From contig NC_068992.1 of assembly GCF_001194135.2 (NCBI RefSeq), positions 67,513,595 through 67,577,594 on the forward strand: a stretch of DNA of 64,000 bases, written 5' to 3'. The position numbers and the translations under genes were made by a program. Below are positions 12,191 to 23,470 of this stretch, in pieces. The stretch is from Octopus bimaculoides. Lineage: Eukaryota. The notes under the pieces were generated by a model. It searched no databases. It saw only the letters and a program-made list of their open reading frames with translations, and had not been told where the DNA came from. The first letter of the stretch is position 1, and every line of letters begins with the position of its first letter.

Positions 12191-13599
12191 TAGCATATCA
12201 ACACTATCACTAAAAAGAAAACAACAGCAACAAACAAGTAGTATGAAATAAGCGGTTAAATGGAAAACGTACATGATTATGTAAAACATAACAGCAACAA
12301 CATAAACAAACATACAGAGATATTTAATGAACAGAAACAAATACTTGAAATAGAGAAAGTTAGAGATAGAATATACAGTGAACATAAGACGTCCGTACAT
12401 TTGAACTTAAAATAAAACATCCAAATAAAGGTAAGAAATGACAACAGAATACAGTGAAAGTATTACATGAGAATCTAGCTGATAAAAAATATATACATGG
12501 AAACCTATTACAGAAGGGAGGTAACACATTTGAAACCTCAAATTTAAAATATGGCAGAAACTAAAACGCAAGAAGTCAACGAAATTGCGCTTCAAATCTA
12601 AAAGGCTCACTGCAAATGAATGATGGAGGCAATAGAAGTTCTGATCAAAACAACATAATACACAAATTGATGAAAGTATATTGTTGTCCTCGGATCTAAC
12701 GGTAAACTATTACGTACATACATCAACAAAAACAGCAGTTCAGGAGACGTTAACTGAAACACAGAGGAAAATAAAGAGGCTTACGTTATAAAGCCAATGA
12801 AGATGACAATTCCATACCTACTCATGCTAGAACGACTAGGAAGCGCTCTGGATAAAATATTATAGCATCTTGCAACAATTTCTATTCTGGGCAATAAGTT
12901 GCCCAAATTAGAACAGGAAATGAATTAATCAGTTGCAGGAACTGCTTGGAGGAAAATGGGGACTGATGCTAAGAGGTTTGAATCTTAGCAAAACTCCACC
13001 GCCATAACATGGGATAAAAAATATATAACATCAAATTGACAATTATAGAGTCCTACAGAACTCTATAATTCTGTAGGAAAATGTAAACGAGTTCGTTCTA
13101 GCGTTCAAAAACAAGACAACAACAAAAGAAACGTGGACTCAAAATATACACTTTCAATAAAACCTGTGGGTGTTGGAGGCAAAAGAACAGAAAGAGAGCA
13201 TCAACAACATTGAAAAAGAATAAACATAAAAATAACGCAAGAATAAAAACAGCACAAACGTCAAAAACATGGGGAATTAACTGCTTTCAAAAACACGACT
13301 ATTTCTCGCATGAGAATAAAGAATTCTAGTGAAATACGAAAGTTTTACAAACAGGCTGAAATTGAATGAATAAATAACTAATAACAATAAAAAAACAAAT
13401 GAACACCAACGGAAAGTGGAGTATATTGGAAGAGAGATAGAGAAAATACAATAAAACATACATTAACACATCTTTTCTTCGCGCCGCAAGTTTAACCCCT
13501 TGACACACAAACTTTCTGCTGTTTTTTTAGCAAATGATTTTTAATTTGTAGAGGAGAAATTTTGTGTGTATTTGTGTTGTGGTAAAGTCTGATGTTTCC

Positions 13600-14110
13600 T
13601 TTCAACTGTTTTTTTTGTTTTCTATTCCCCATCCATATTAGTTGATAGCTTCATATTATTAAATGTGGGACGGGGTCCTGCAGTGCAACTGTGTGATGGT
13701 TTTGTAATCTTGTTTCATTAGATAATGGTGATGACGTTCGTATACATATTTGCGAAGATTTTGTCGGCACTAAATGTCTTTGTTTAATTCCACCAACATA
13801 ATTCCCAGCCATTTTTCAGCGACACTAAAATTAACCTTAATATTGACCAATTCGTTTGACTATACACATATTTAAAGACTTGCTGAAAGATTTCTGTTTC
13901 TCATACTACTGGGCTATGCCACGCAACCTATCGCTTATCAGAAATTGGATTTCACTGAAGAGGTTTGCGAGAACTGTTTCCAATTGTTCCTCCTTTGAGG
14001 CAAGAAGCTCTCTGTATACATACCAAGACACAATGCGTCACACCTAGATGTTAGTCTCTTCCAGGATGCCATTAATCTGAAGCAAGAAATACACCCAATC
14101 AATAATCATT
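13600..14110 (-). mobile_element. Possible LINE ORF1-like relic
   Basis: ELLASKEEQLETVLANLFSEIQFLISDRLRG and IKVNFSVAEKWLGIML loosely parallel the ORF1 relic at 4250-5300. Confidence 0.3.
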
Positions 14111-14264
14111 TCGTTTCTTATTATGAAGTACACCTGATAAGAATGGAATTTCATAAATATGTTCTGGTTGCTGTTCCTATCTTGCGTGTTGTCTGCTATT
14201 CTGCACGTTTCTGCATGAATACAGTTTTGTTTTCTACAATTTTTATGCTTGTATGTGATTTAAT

Positions 14265-14365
14265 GTTAAAGGTCGTGATTTCGATTTCGAGACCGGCTCG
14301 CACGATGTGTTCATGAACAAAACACTTCATAACTCGGTTCATTCAGGTGTAAAAATGTCTGAGCG
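14265..14365 (+). mobile_element. tRNA-derived SINE family 3 fragment (CORE-like)
   Basis: GATTTCGATTTCGAGACCGG...GTGTTCATGAACAAAACACTTCA; similar to 54275-54460. Confidence 0.5.
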
Positions 14366-14555
14366 TTAGCTGGGAAATTAAAGCTCTAAGGATACACCTT
14401 TTTCAGTTCAGTTGAATAATTTGTTATTTTGAGATACTTCTGTCCTCTGAGAGTCCTAGTTGTTTCTAGTTAATCAATACATATCCACAATTTTTGCCGT
14501 ACAATAAATGTATTATTCTACTTATGATATTGCAGCGAACTTCATTTACAAAGGA

Positions 14556-14845
14556 CGGTGCATTTTAATGCTTTGTCTTCCCCCCCGGTGCATTTTAATG
14601 CTTTGTCTTCCACCCGGTGCATTTCAATGCATTCTTTTCCCGGTGCATTTCAATGCTTTGTCTTCCCCCGGTGCATTTCAATGCATTCTTTTCCCTGTGC
14701 ATTTCAATGCATTCTTTTCCCTGTGCATTTCAATGCATTGTCTTTCCCCGGTGCATTTCATTGTTGTCTTCCCCCGGTGCATTTTAATGCATTCTTCTCC
14801 AGGTGCATTTCATTACGTTGTTTTCCTCCGGTGCATTTCAATACC
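14556..14845. repeat. Minisatellite, 11 units of 26-30 bp
   Basis: GTGCATT recurs at 14558, 14588, 14617, 14643, 14671, 14697, 14723, 14751, 14777, 14803 and 14831; consensus about CCGGTGCATTTCAATGCATTCTTTTC. Confidence 0.95.
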
Positions 14846-15289
14846 TTTTTGTTCAGAGGCATTTTTAAAGTTCTGTCCTTAGAGTCCTATAAATGTTAGG
14901 CACCAAACATCTATGCGTTGGTTTCTGTTGTAGAAAATTCATTTTTGTAAACTTTACCCTAGTTTCAAATTCCTGTATAATACAACAGTTTTAAAGGTAT
15001 TTTCTGCTAACGTTAGTTCTGTTTATCACAGGATTTAGTGGTTCTATTTGAGGTTAATTTTGTCAGTGCTACGGTTTAATGCTGCTCTCTAACTGATGTA
15101 ACCTCCTTCATCTCTCTCCTTACCTGGAGAAATGAATATTTTGGCTCTCCTGTCTGTTCAGTTCCATTTCTAAAGATAAAGAATTATCGCCGACCAATTC
15201 TAAAACTCCAAAGAATAGTGCTGCTGTGATGCGGCACTCTTAATTCTCTTGTTTTTATAATCCTATTTGCATGTGCTTTTAAAACTCAT

Positions 15290-15880
15290 CGAGGACAGAA
15301 AACCCTCATGCTATTTCTTGTACATAAGATGGAATTCATCCTATTGCCACCACCCTCAATGGTCGTGTATCCCACAACTTCAGACAGATGTTGAATGCAC
15401 TTGTGATTTTGGAGAGTGGAAATGATTGGAAGTCCATAGTGACCTCTATACATCATATAGTGTTCCTCCTTCTTTCGGTTCTGACAACGCATCTGCATTA
15501 CTGATGTAACAGTAAAACAGGAATCAATGCCTTTGCCAATACCTTTATCTCTCACCCTTGTGGTACATTGATCCTCTTTCTCGGGTACAAGTGTAAGGAC
15601 ATGTGTTAGTTTTCATAATTAAACTGTCCCCTTGTCCTCAGCCTCAAAAATAGGCTAACAGTGCCGTAGATTGAACTACGCTCAATAGACAAATACTATC
15701 CCGAATGTAGAGGTTGCCTGTTGTCTTTGACTGAGTTTCTCGAGAATATACAAGTAGCTGTTTTAGTTTTTGTGAGACACGTGAGTAAAATGTTTTGGTA
15801 TAAACATTGGAGCAAATAAATGAAGATTTTCTTAATCCAAGCCTGTCAAAATCATCTTCCAAAAGGGACCTGCGCTGTTG
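15290..15880 (-). mobile_element. Possible LINE ORF1-like relic
   Basis: IEVTMDFQSFP...LWDTRPLRVVAIG resembles the segment preceding the ORF1 zinc knuckle; many stops. Confidence 0.25.
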
Positions 15881-16439
15881 TCATTTCTTCCGGTTGCTAC
15901 TTCTTGAAGGTGCACTGGGTTGTGTGTGGTGAACGTTGATTTCTTATAGTTGTGGTGTTATTGGTAAATAAAGTATCCTTCGTTTACCAGACACATTATA
16001 AACTTTAATGCTCGTATTTTTATCTATAATCATTTTCTGTTTATGTGTGTTGCATTTGAAAATGGTTTTGTACATCGAGATTTTTGTCATATTGTTAAAA
16101 TGAAAAATTAAAACAAAAAGTGCAACCAAAATATTGGAATAAAATATATTTCACCCCAAACAAAAAAATGCAACAGTTATTAATGTTAGAATCATTACAA
16201 AACATTTGCATTGTGGTAGTAATATACAGACATTGCCATACGTAAACCACGCATACTAACGCAAAATTTCAGAATCGATGTTAACCAAATCTATGTGGAG
16301 ACTAAGCTATTAAAACAACTTGAAAACGGCAACAGCAACAACAAAAACAACAATAATAATAACAATAATAAGCTGCACAACTCAACACTTTTTTAAATGC
16401 CGACCAAGTAACACCAGTGTTGTTAACAATGGGTAGGAC

Positions 16440-17620
16440 AGTGGTGTACTTGAAAAACATCGAAGGAGGCAATACGTTAGACAATTACAGGCCGATATCC
16501 TTCTTGCCACTTATGTGAACATTATAAACTGGAATGATCGCAGAGTAAATGTACGAACATCTGCAAAGAAATGGAATCCGTCCACATGAACAGAAGGGTG
16601 GCAAGCGTAAGTGCAGCGGTTCCAAGTATCAACTCCTGGTAGACAAAATTGTACTTAGAGACTGAAAGAGGAGGAAAAATAACTTATCTATGTCATGGAT
16701 GGATTATCGTAATGCGTACGATACGATCCCACATTCTTAGATTATGGAATATATGAAACTATTTCGTATTGCATCGAATGCTGAGCGATTGCTTGGAAAA
16801 AGTATGACGAAGTAGAGGGGGGAAATGACAGCATATGGAAGAAGTTTATGGAAATCAGTAGAGGCAGATAGAAAAGACGATAAGTACTACGGGATATTGG
16901 AAATGGATAAATTGATGGAGGAAGAAATGATAGAAAAAATTAAGGTGGAACACTTGCGCAGATTGAGACTGATGCTTAAGGCGAAATTAAGCAACCGGAA
17001 TAAGATTGAAGAGATTAACACCTGGGCGGTTTCACTCCTTAGATATGAAGCAGGGGTAATCACACGAACAGTAGACGAACTAAACAGCTTAGACAGAAAG
17101 ACAAGAAAGTTGCTGACTAGATATGGCGTACTCGACCCAAAACGTGACAAACAGAGAGACTGTGTGTACAAGAACAAGAGGTGGAAGAGGACTGGTTGGA
17201 TGCAAACACTGCATTAGAGCAGAAGAAAAACAACATAGCATGATATGTAAAAATGCCACGGAACCACTATTATTTGAAGTACGGTCAGGCTTGTGTAGCA
17301 TGAAAGATTACAAAGATAAAGCACTGCACAGACACTTGAGAATGAATGAAACAGAAAATCGGTGGATAAAGAAAGGAATGCATGGACAATTTCATAGGAA
17401 TGTTGACGATAAGCCAGATAGAGAAGAAAGATGGCTATAGATGACTAAAAGTGATTTAAACTGGAAACGGAGGCTGTAATCTGTGCTGCTCAAGGGCAGG
17501 CACTAAGAACGAATGAAAGCAAATACAGAATAGACAACACATTAGAAAGTGATAAGTGCAGAATTGGTGTACAAAATGGTGAAAACGGATGACATATTAC
17601 CAGTCAATGCACGCCACTAG
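16440..17620 (+). mobile_element. R4/Dong-type retrotransposon relic (RT to zinc finger) with RT core deleted
   Basis: NYRPIS...EQKG...WMDYRNAYDTIPH; then KYYGILE, INTWAVSLLRY, LDRKTRKLL, GRGLVG, HGQFHR, ETEAVICAAQGQALRTN and DKCRIG. Confidence 0.9.
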
Positions 17621-19008
17621 CCCAACCATACATCCATCCATAATTGCATGCATGCATACATACATGCATGCATACATACATACATATATATATATATCTG
17701 AAGTTGTTAAAATAATATTTCATGAAAACAAAATCTGTGAACTTTACCGAAAAAAGCTATCTTTATTATGGAGAAAATTAAATAATTCGTACTATGTGCG
17801 TGATTTCCCAGATTTTATAAATCGTTCATTCGTCCATCTCCGAATCCTCAAAGTCATATCGATAAAATTGTGTATGCGGGCATTTATTTGTATATACATA
17901 GATATATGTGCATGTGTTGCGCACGTGTTTGTTTGTGTTTACACCGTTCTCGTGTATATTGTGTATTTCTGCCTAATCCTGTCCCATTGTTTGCTTTTCG
18001 TTAAAAAGACGTCGTGCAACTACTTACAAATCAGAACGGGAGATACCTAGTGACACACAAAAATTTCCTTAAACGTGTCGCTCCAGTATGGCCGATGCAT
18101 AACGATAGAAAGTAGTCAACGAATAACAGTATACACAGTTCGCTACATGCTTAAAGTGTTGGTACCACCGCTTATGATTGATATTATGTGTTTTCGTTTG
18201 GCGTCTTGTGTTATCAATCTTTCTATCATTGTCGTGTATTCCGTAGTTGGGAATATTTTAATCTAATACAAGATACGAAGTTGTGGTGTTGCTTCATAAA
18301 GTCGGTATGGACACTTGCTGTAATTTTATGTCCAATGGCCGGCATAGAAGTTATTGCTTGCTCGTCTTGAACAGCCTGCCCGCATATAGGTCATCTTTTC
18401 TTTCCCTTTGTTTATGTGGTTCCAGCCATATACGGAGGAAAATGCATACCTGAGTGCATAAGAGATCTTTTTTTTTGTTCGTTTGTTTGAAGCGGCATAC
18501 ATTACGTGTGTGAATTTCTAGCAATGTGTGTATGTGTCTATGGTAACTTTAGGAAATCTATTAAACGGTCAACGAGCAATGGATGTAATATTTTTAAGAG
18601 GCTGACAGGGGAGATTTAACGCCCATAAATTTTGCAGATCCTGCTACGAGATTAAAATCAATGACATTACTGGTTCTTCTGTACATTGATATTTTTACTA
18701 AACACAATATAGAAAAAGGGAGGAAAGGATATTCCTATTGGAAACATAAAACCGGACAAAAGTGCTTATTGCATGAAAAAGGGGTGTGTCACGCTTGGAG
18801 ATCTAAAAAAAATACGAGTTATTGGAGTAGGTCATGGTAAAAGACTAAAAACACCCTTTTCCTTGCGGTAGGAAACGTTCCTCCTAGATACGTTGGTTAG
18901 AAAGCAATGCTACGTATGTATACGTATGTCTGGTACTCCTTTATACAGAGCAGCAGCAACAGCACAATCGATAACAATAGAAAGTATACGGTCACTGATC
19001 TTTGAGAA

Positions 19009-19404
19009 TTAATCAAAGCAGTATATTACTTGAACAAGGCATAATGTTAAATTTGAAGTATTTTCTAGACTTAGAAGCGAGCGTTTATTATGAAGTATGA
19101 TAGGAGGTTTCGGGATGTAAACTTTGTAGTACATCGCAGAGATTGGAAGTGAGTAATGTTCACGGCTGGAGAAAGCTACGCACAATAATATTTCTTGATA
19201 ATACATATATGTGATGTTGTTAAGGTAAATTGAACTGTCGTCTCCGTATCCAGAGATATTTTTAAGGACTCTGTTTAGGGAAGCGTAGTCCGAGATACCT
19301 TGTTGGCATTTGTACGACGACTCGGCACAAATATTAACTGAATTATACAAAAAGTCGTCCACATAGCAGCGTAGCTTGCTGGAAATGACATTGACACCAG
19401 GTCG
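19009..19404 (-). other. Unidentified 132-codon open frame (candidate exon or coding relic)
   Basis: Stop-free from 19404 to 19009 in non-repetitive sequence; four N-x-S/T sequons; possible acceptor TCATTTCCAG near 19380. No family recognised. Confidence 0.3.
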
Positions 19405-19642
19405 TCACTGAATACTAGGAGAAAACGGTTCTATTTGTAAACTTGATTCAAAATATAGATATCGATTTCACAAGAAGACACAGCTAATTTTCAAAGGAGA
19501 GCAACCGTAGTCTCCTCGCTAGACTATGGCTTCGTCCATGTAATGACTATTTTATTCTTTCTTTTCTAAACAACAAGAAAATAGGAAGGTGTACGAATAT
19601 ATGTGAAATGTGTGGGTGTGAGGGTATATATGTATACCTGTG

Positions 19643-19673
<31 letters not shown>

Positions 19674-19815
19674 TTGCGCGTGTCTGTTTACAGCCATATT
19701 GATATGAAATAGCTTTCTACTCTACTTCACTTGATCGGTTTCTTTATATTTTTCTCGTGATATTTTGTTTATACTTCTCTGGAGCTTTGTGTTGAATGTA
19801 GACGTTGATAAGGCT

Positions 19816-20613
19816 TTATATAACTTTGTATCTGCCATATACAAACACATTATGAAGATTTAGAAATTCCTCTTTATCTGCTCGCCTACTCTCACGTTGA
19901 TATAAACATACACAGATTACAAGAACAAAGAATGCATACATCAATAGATTCATATATATTTTTCAGATCAATGCCTGGGTCATGGGTGTTTTAAACCGAG
20001 TAAAATAGGCAACGGATTGCTTCAGTGTTGGTTACAGCATAGGAGGAAATATTTTGCGGTTTTTGGTCCAGCTCCAACGAATTTTAAAACTGACATTCTT
20101 CTTTGTTAGGAGTTGATGTATTTCATTTGTAGGGCTGTAGACTAACGATACATTTACTGAGTCGTATGAAATGCCACGTTTGTATACGTTATTAAAAATC
20201 TCGTGTAGCTGAATCACTGTGACCCCTACCCCGTATAGTACGTCCTCAGATTTTAGATATCTCTTTACAGCATTTCATCGTTTTGCAAGCATTCGGTACA
20301 GATATACTTTCTGCTAGCCACTGGGAGTATCCTTAAAGTACAAAGAGGTAGAGACGTAATATTTCTCCCGTTTACTATGCAGTAAATCAAAGGCAAGCAA
20401 CGTATCTTTTGCAAGGATTGCACCAAAACACTGTTCTCTGTGGTTGCATCCACCATTTCTTCGGTTAATCAAAGAAAACTTGAAAAAGGAGTCGGACGAC
20501 GCTGTGGCAGTTCTCAAACTATTAAAACAAATTGTAGACACAAATAATTTATTATCTGTATAATTTATGCTTATCAGATTATTTGAAGTATGCACAAAAC
20601 TAGATATTTCCAT
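19816..20613 (-). pseudogene. Stop-depleted 266-codon frame (possible decayed membrane glycoprotein CDS)
   Basis: Only 4 internal stops (20314, 20275, 20032, 19963); ends in a hydrophobic stretch LLMYAFFVLVICVCLY followed by QRESRR. Confidence 0.25.
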
Positions 20614-21265
20614 TCATCCATACAACATGCATCAACGGACATACAAAAGCATAGAATCAAATACGCACATAAATACTTGATTTTTATGTGAAACCATACT
20701 TGTAACAATTTGATATTAAACTGAGGTATAACTCAATACATTTTAGTAGGATATATTTTCTATTTTTACATAGAAAATGTTGACAGAATCTTCGATCTCT
20801 CTGTCAAGACGATCTCAAAAACTCACACATATACACATACATACATATATGCTACTAGGAAATAACGAAACATTGAACTATAAAAAATTGTGTATTTGAA
20901 TAAGTCAAATGTCACATAATTCATTCTCTGACATTCGTAAATCAATAGGATTCGTAAATCAAAGGAATTATACTTACTCTGCGGAACGCCCTTGACAGTG
21001 CCGATGCAAAGGATAACAGAAAGACGCTGGAGAATGAATAATCTATATTAAAAACCTCAACGTGACCAGGCAATTGTTATTAGATGTCGCAAGTCAAAGT
21101 AAAAATAATTTCCATGTATCGAAGACAGAATGGGTTGTCTGGAATTCCACTAGACTCTAAAAGATTGTTTAACATTAAAATAGTGTATCAGATGACACTC
21201 TATACGAAATGTATTTAATTATTTTAGAAAGTTGGATCGCAATATATTAAAGTAGCCACGTTACT

Positions 21266-21480
21266 ATAAGGTGGCTAGCTGGCAGAATCGTTACTGCGCC
21301 GGGAAACGTACTTTTCGATATTTTCTCTGATTATAAGTTCAGATTCCACCGAAGTCGATTTTTCTGTTCATCTTTTTAGGGTCGATGAAATAAGCACCAA
21401 GTTAATTTAACATTGGAGTTGATATAATCGATTTATCTTCTCATCTGAAATTGCTGGCCATGCGCTAATATTTGAAATCA
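21266..21480 (+). mobile_element. Full-length SINE family 1
   Basis: Head AAGGTGGCTAGCTGGCAGAATCGTTA, box B-like GTTCAGATTCC, central GGGTCGATGAAATAAGCACC, tail GAAATTGCTGGCC...TGAAATCA. Confidence 0.8.
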
Positions 21481-23108
21481 GCCTGTCTCAGAAAAAGGTA
21501 TTTAGTATATCTTAAAATGAGGACATTTTCAAACAATCTTCCAATTATTAATGTTTCGCTGAAATAGGAAATGAATTTAAGAAAATTGTGTCTTAATAAG
21601 AAGAGTATTCCGAGGGCGATAACTAACAGGTTTTAAAAGAATTTAAATCAAAACTGTGGCAGAGGATCGGCAATGCGAAATCGGGCTTAGATGATTTAAA
21701 GTTCTATCGACTTAAACGTGCATAGTGACGGTTTAGTGCATACTACATCAATGAATACTGTGAGATGGCAACTGGATCTACTGGTCGAAGAAATGTACCA
21801 GAAAGTGGAATAATATGTCATGGTATTCAAGGTGGGTGGATTATCCGTATATGTTGGAGGATTACAGTCCATTTTTTTAGATTGCACTAAAACTACAACG
21901 GATGATACAATCTTAACGGTGAGAAAGATGTTTGTTGTTTATGAGAGACTACATTGCGTACGAGATATTCATCAGTTGGTGGGAATTACATTAAAAGTAG
22001 CAAACATTATTAGAAGATTGACGAGTTTCGTGGGTGTAAATTTCAATTTTAGAGAATATTATTCGCGCGCAGTGAGATATGAAAAGAAAACTGTAAAGAA
22101 ATTCTTTTTGAAATCCTTGCCAAACGTTACAAAAAAAAGGCAGAGTAAAATATTTAGTTTTTTTTGTTGCGTTGACTTAAAATATTATATGTAGTTTATC
22201 AACAATTGTATTACATGTGAAACTGTTATGATTGAAATTGAATGAAAGAGAATGAAGCGAGAAAGAAAAGTGAGGGAGCGATAGAGAGAAAAACACAGAT
22301 AGAGAGAGACATAGAGAGTAAAGGGAGATAGGGCGAAATATAATAGCAGTTGTTGAGGATGTAGTCGACTGTGTATCAGAAGACTAATTTTGAAGGTGAG
22401 AAATCCTGTGAATTGAGAAATGCAAGAGGACATATTTCCTTTTCAATTTTTGGCCAATATCCCTAAATTGATTTCGATGTCTCTACATATCATGCATTAA
22501 TCAATTATGGAACCAGATTTAAATGGCATTTATTAAGTTTTAGGTTGAATATCGTTAGTCGGCTGTTCACAAAATGTTTCACTTCATTTCATAAAACGCG
22601 CAAGGTAAATTTCCATTCACTGTTTTTAAATATAATTATAATAATTAATATTTCCCAAACACCCACCAACAGTATGAACCTGTCAGTTGTGGTCTAGCTT
22701 AATTACTGGGGAAATTGGTGACAGATTTGTAGCTTTCACTTTGAAAGTCTGAATTGTAAATCGTATTTGTGATCTGTAGTCATTCTGGTAATTAACACTG
22801 TGAACCTCTGCTGGAAAATACGTTCAATAAATATGGTTACTTCATTGAATCTTGCACCTGTCAGTTAACGCTACACAATTGAGATGCTGTCGTTAAACAG
22901 TTCTATTAGGCCAATTGCACATTTCCTCATAGATGCGCAAGACATGTGCATACATAATACATACATACATGCAGATCCAACCTATCACTGGGACTGTAAG
23001 AATCTGTAAAATTTTCCAGAAGTTTATCAAAAAGTATATATGAGCATGTCTAGATAAGCAAATAATGCTTGAGAAGACATACATAAAACAAAACATACAA
23101 TTCTGCAC

Positions 23109-23155
<47 letters not shown>

Positions 23156-23159
23156 AAAC

Positions 23160-23270
23160 TACCCTGTTGATGTTGTTGAAATTCCAATGGAGGAGCCTTG
23201 AATTTAGGTTAGAAACCGATTCTTTCTGTATTGGGAAGACCTCTTGAAATAAAACTGAATAATGCCGTAC
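23160..23270 (+). repeat. ~120-bp dispersed unit associated with (ATAC)n
   Basis: GAAATTCCAATGGAGGAGCCTTG...GGTTAGAAACCG...CTTGAAATAAAACTGAATAATG recurs twice at 42600-42790; a diverged minus-strand relative lies at 23505-23560. Confidence 0.7.
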
Positions 23271-23334
23271 GTACGTACATACATACATACATACATACAT
23301 ACATACATTATTATATTCATACATTAATATGTAC

Positions 23335-23470
23335 AGGTCCAGGCATGAGTGCATAGATAACAAACTTGCTTTGAAACCAAGTGATTTAAAGTTCAGTTCC
23401 CACACAGAACCTTCAGCACAGGGCCTAATAACACTTTGTGAGTGAATTTGGTAAACGGGAACTGTATGTA
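23335..23470 (+). mobile_element. Decayed SINE family 2, 5' half
   Basis: GGCATG...AAACTTGCTT...GTTCAGTTCC...GTGAGTGAATTTGGTAAACGGGAACTG. Confidence 0.55.

Noticed and set aside
12961-12995. CTGATG followed by the hairpin GCTAAGA/TCTTAGC and CAAAAC
   Set aside because: Neither core segment matches CUGANGA/GAAA in register.
14556-14845. CRISPR-like appearance of this array and of 63061-63232
   Set aside because: Units are contiguous with no unique spacers, no cas genes are present, and the context is eukaryotic.
18075-18370. GPCR-like hydrophobic snippets (SVVGNILI; WTLAVILCP)
   Set aside because: They lie in different frames with immediate stops and show no 7TM pattern.
20028-20060. Plus-strand VGYSIGGNIL, resembling an alpha/beta-hydrolase GxSxG elbow
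   Set aside because: The frame has stops 7 codons upstream and 19 codons downstream and no other hydrolase motifs.
19963-20316. Idea that A-to-I editing rescues the internal stops to Trp
   Set aside because: Any stop codon can be converted to UGG by A-to-G change, so this is not evidence; ordinary mutation is simpler without RNA data.
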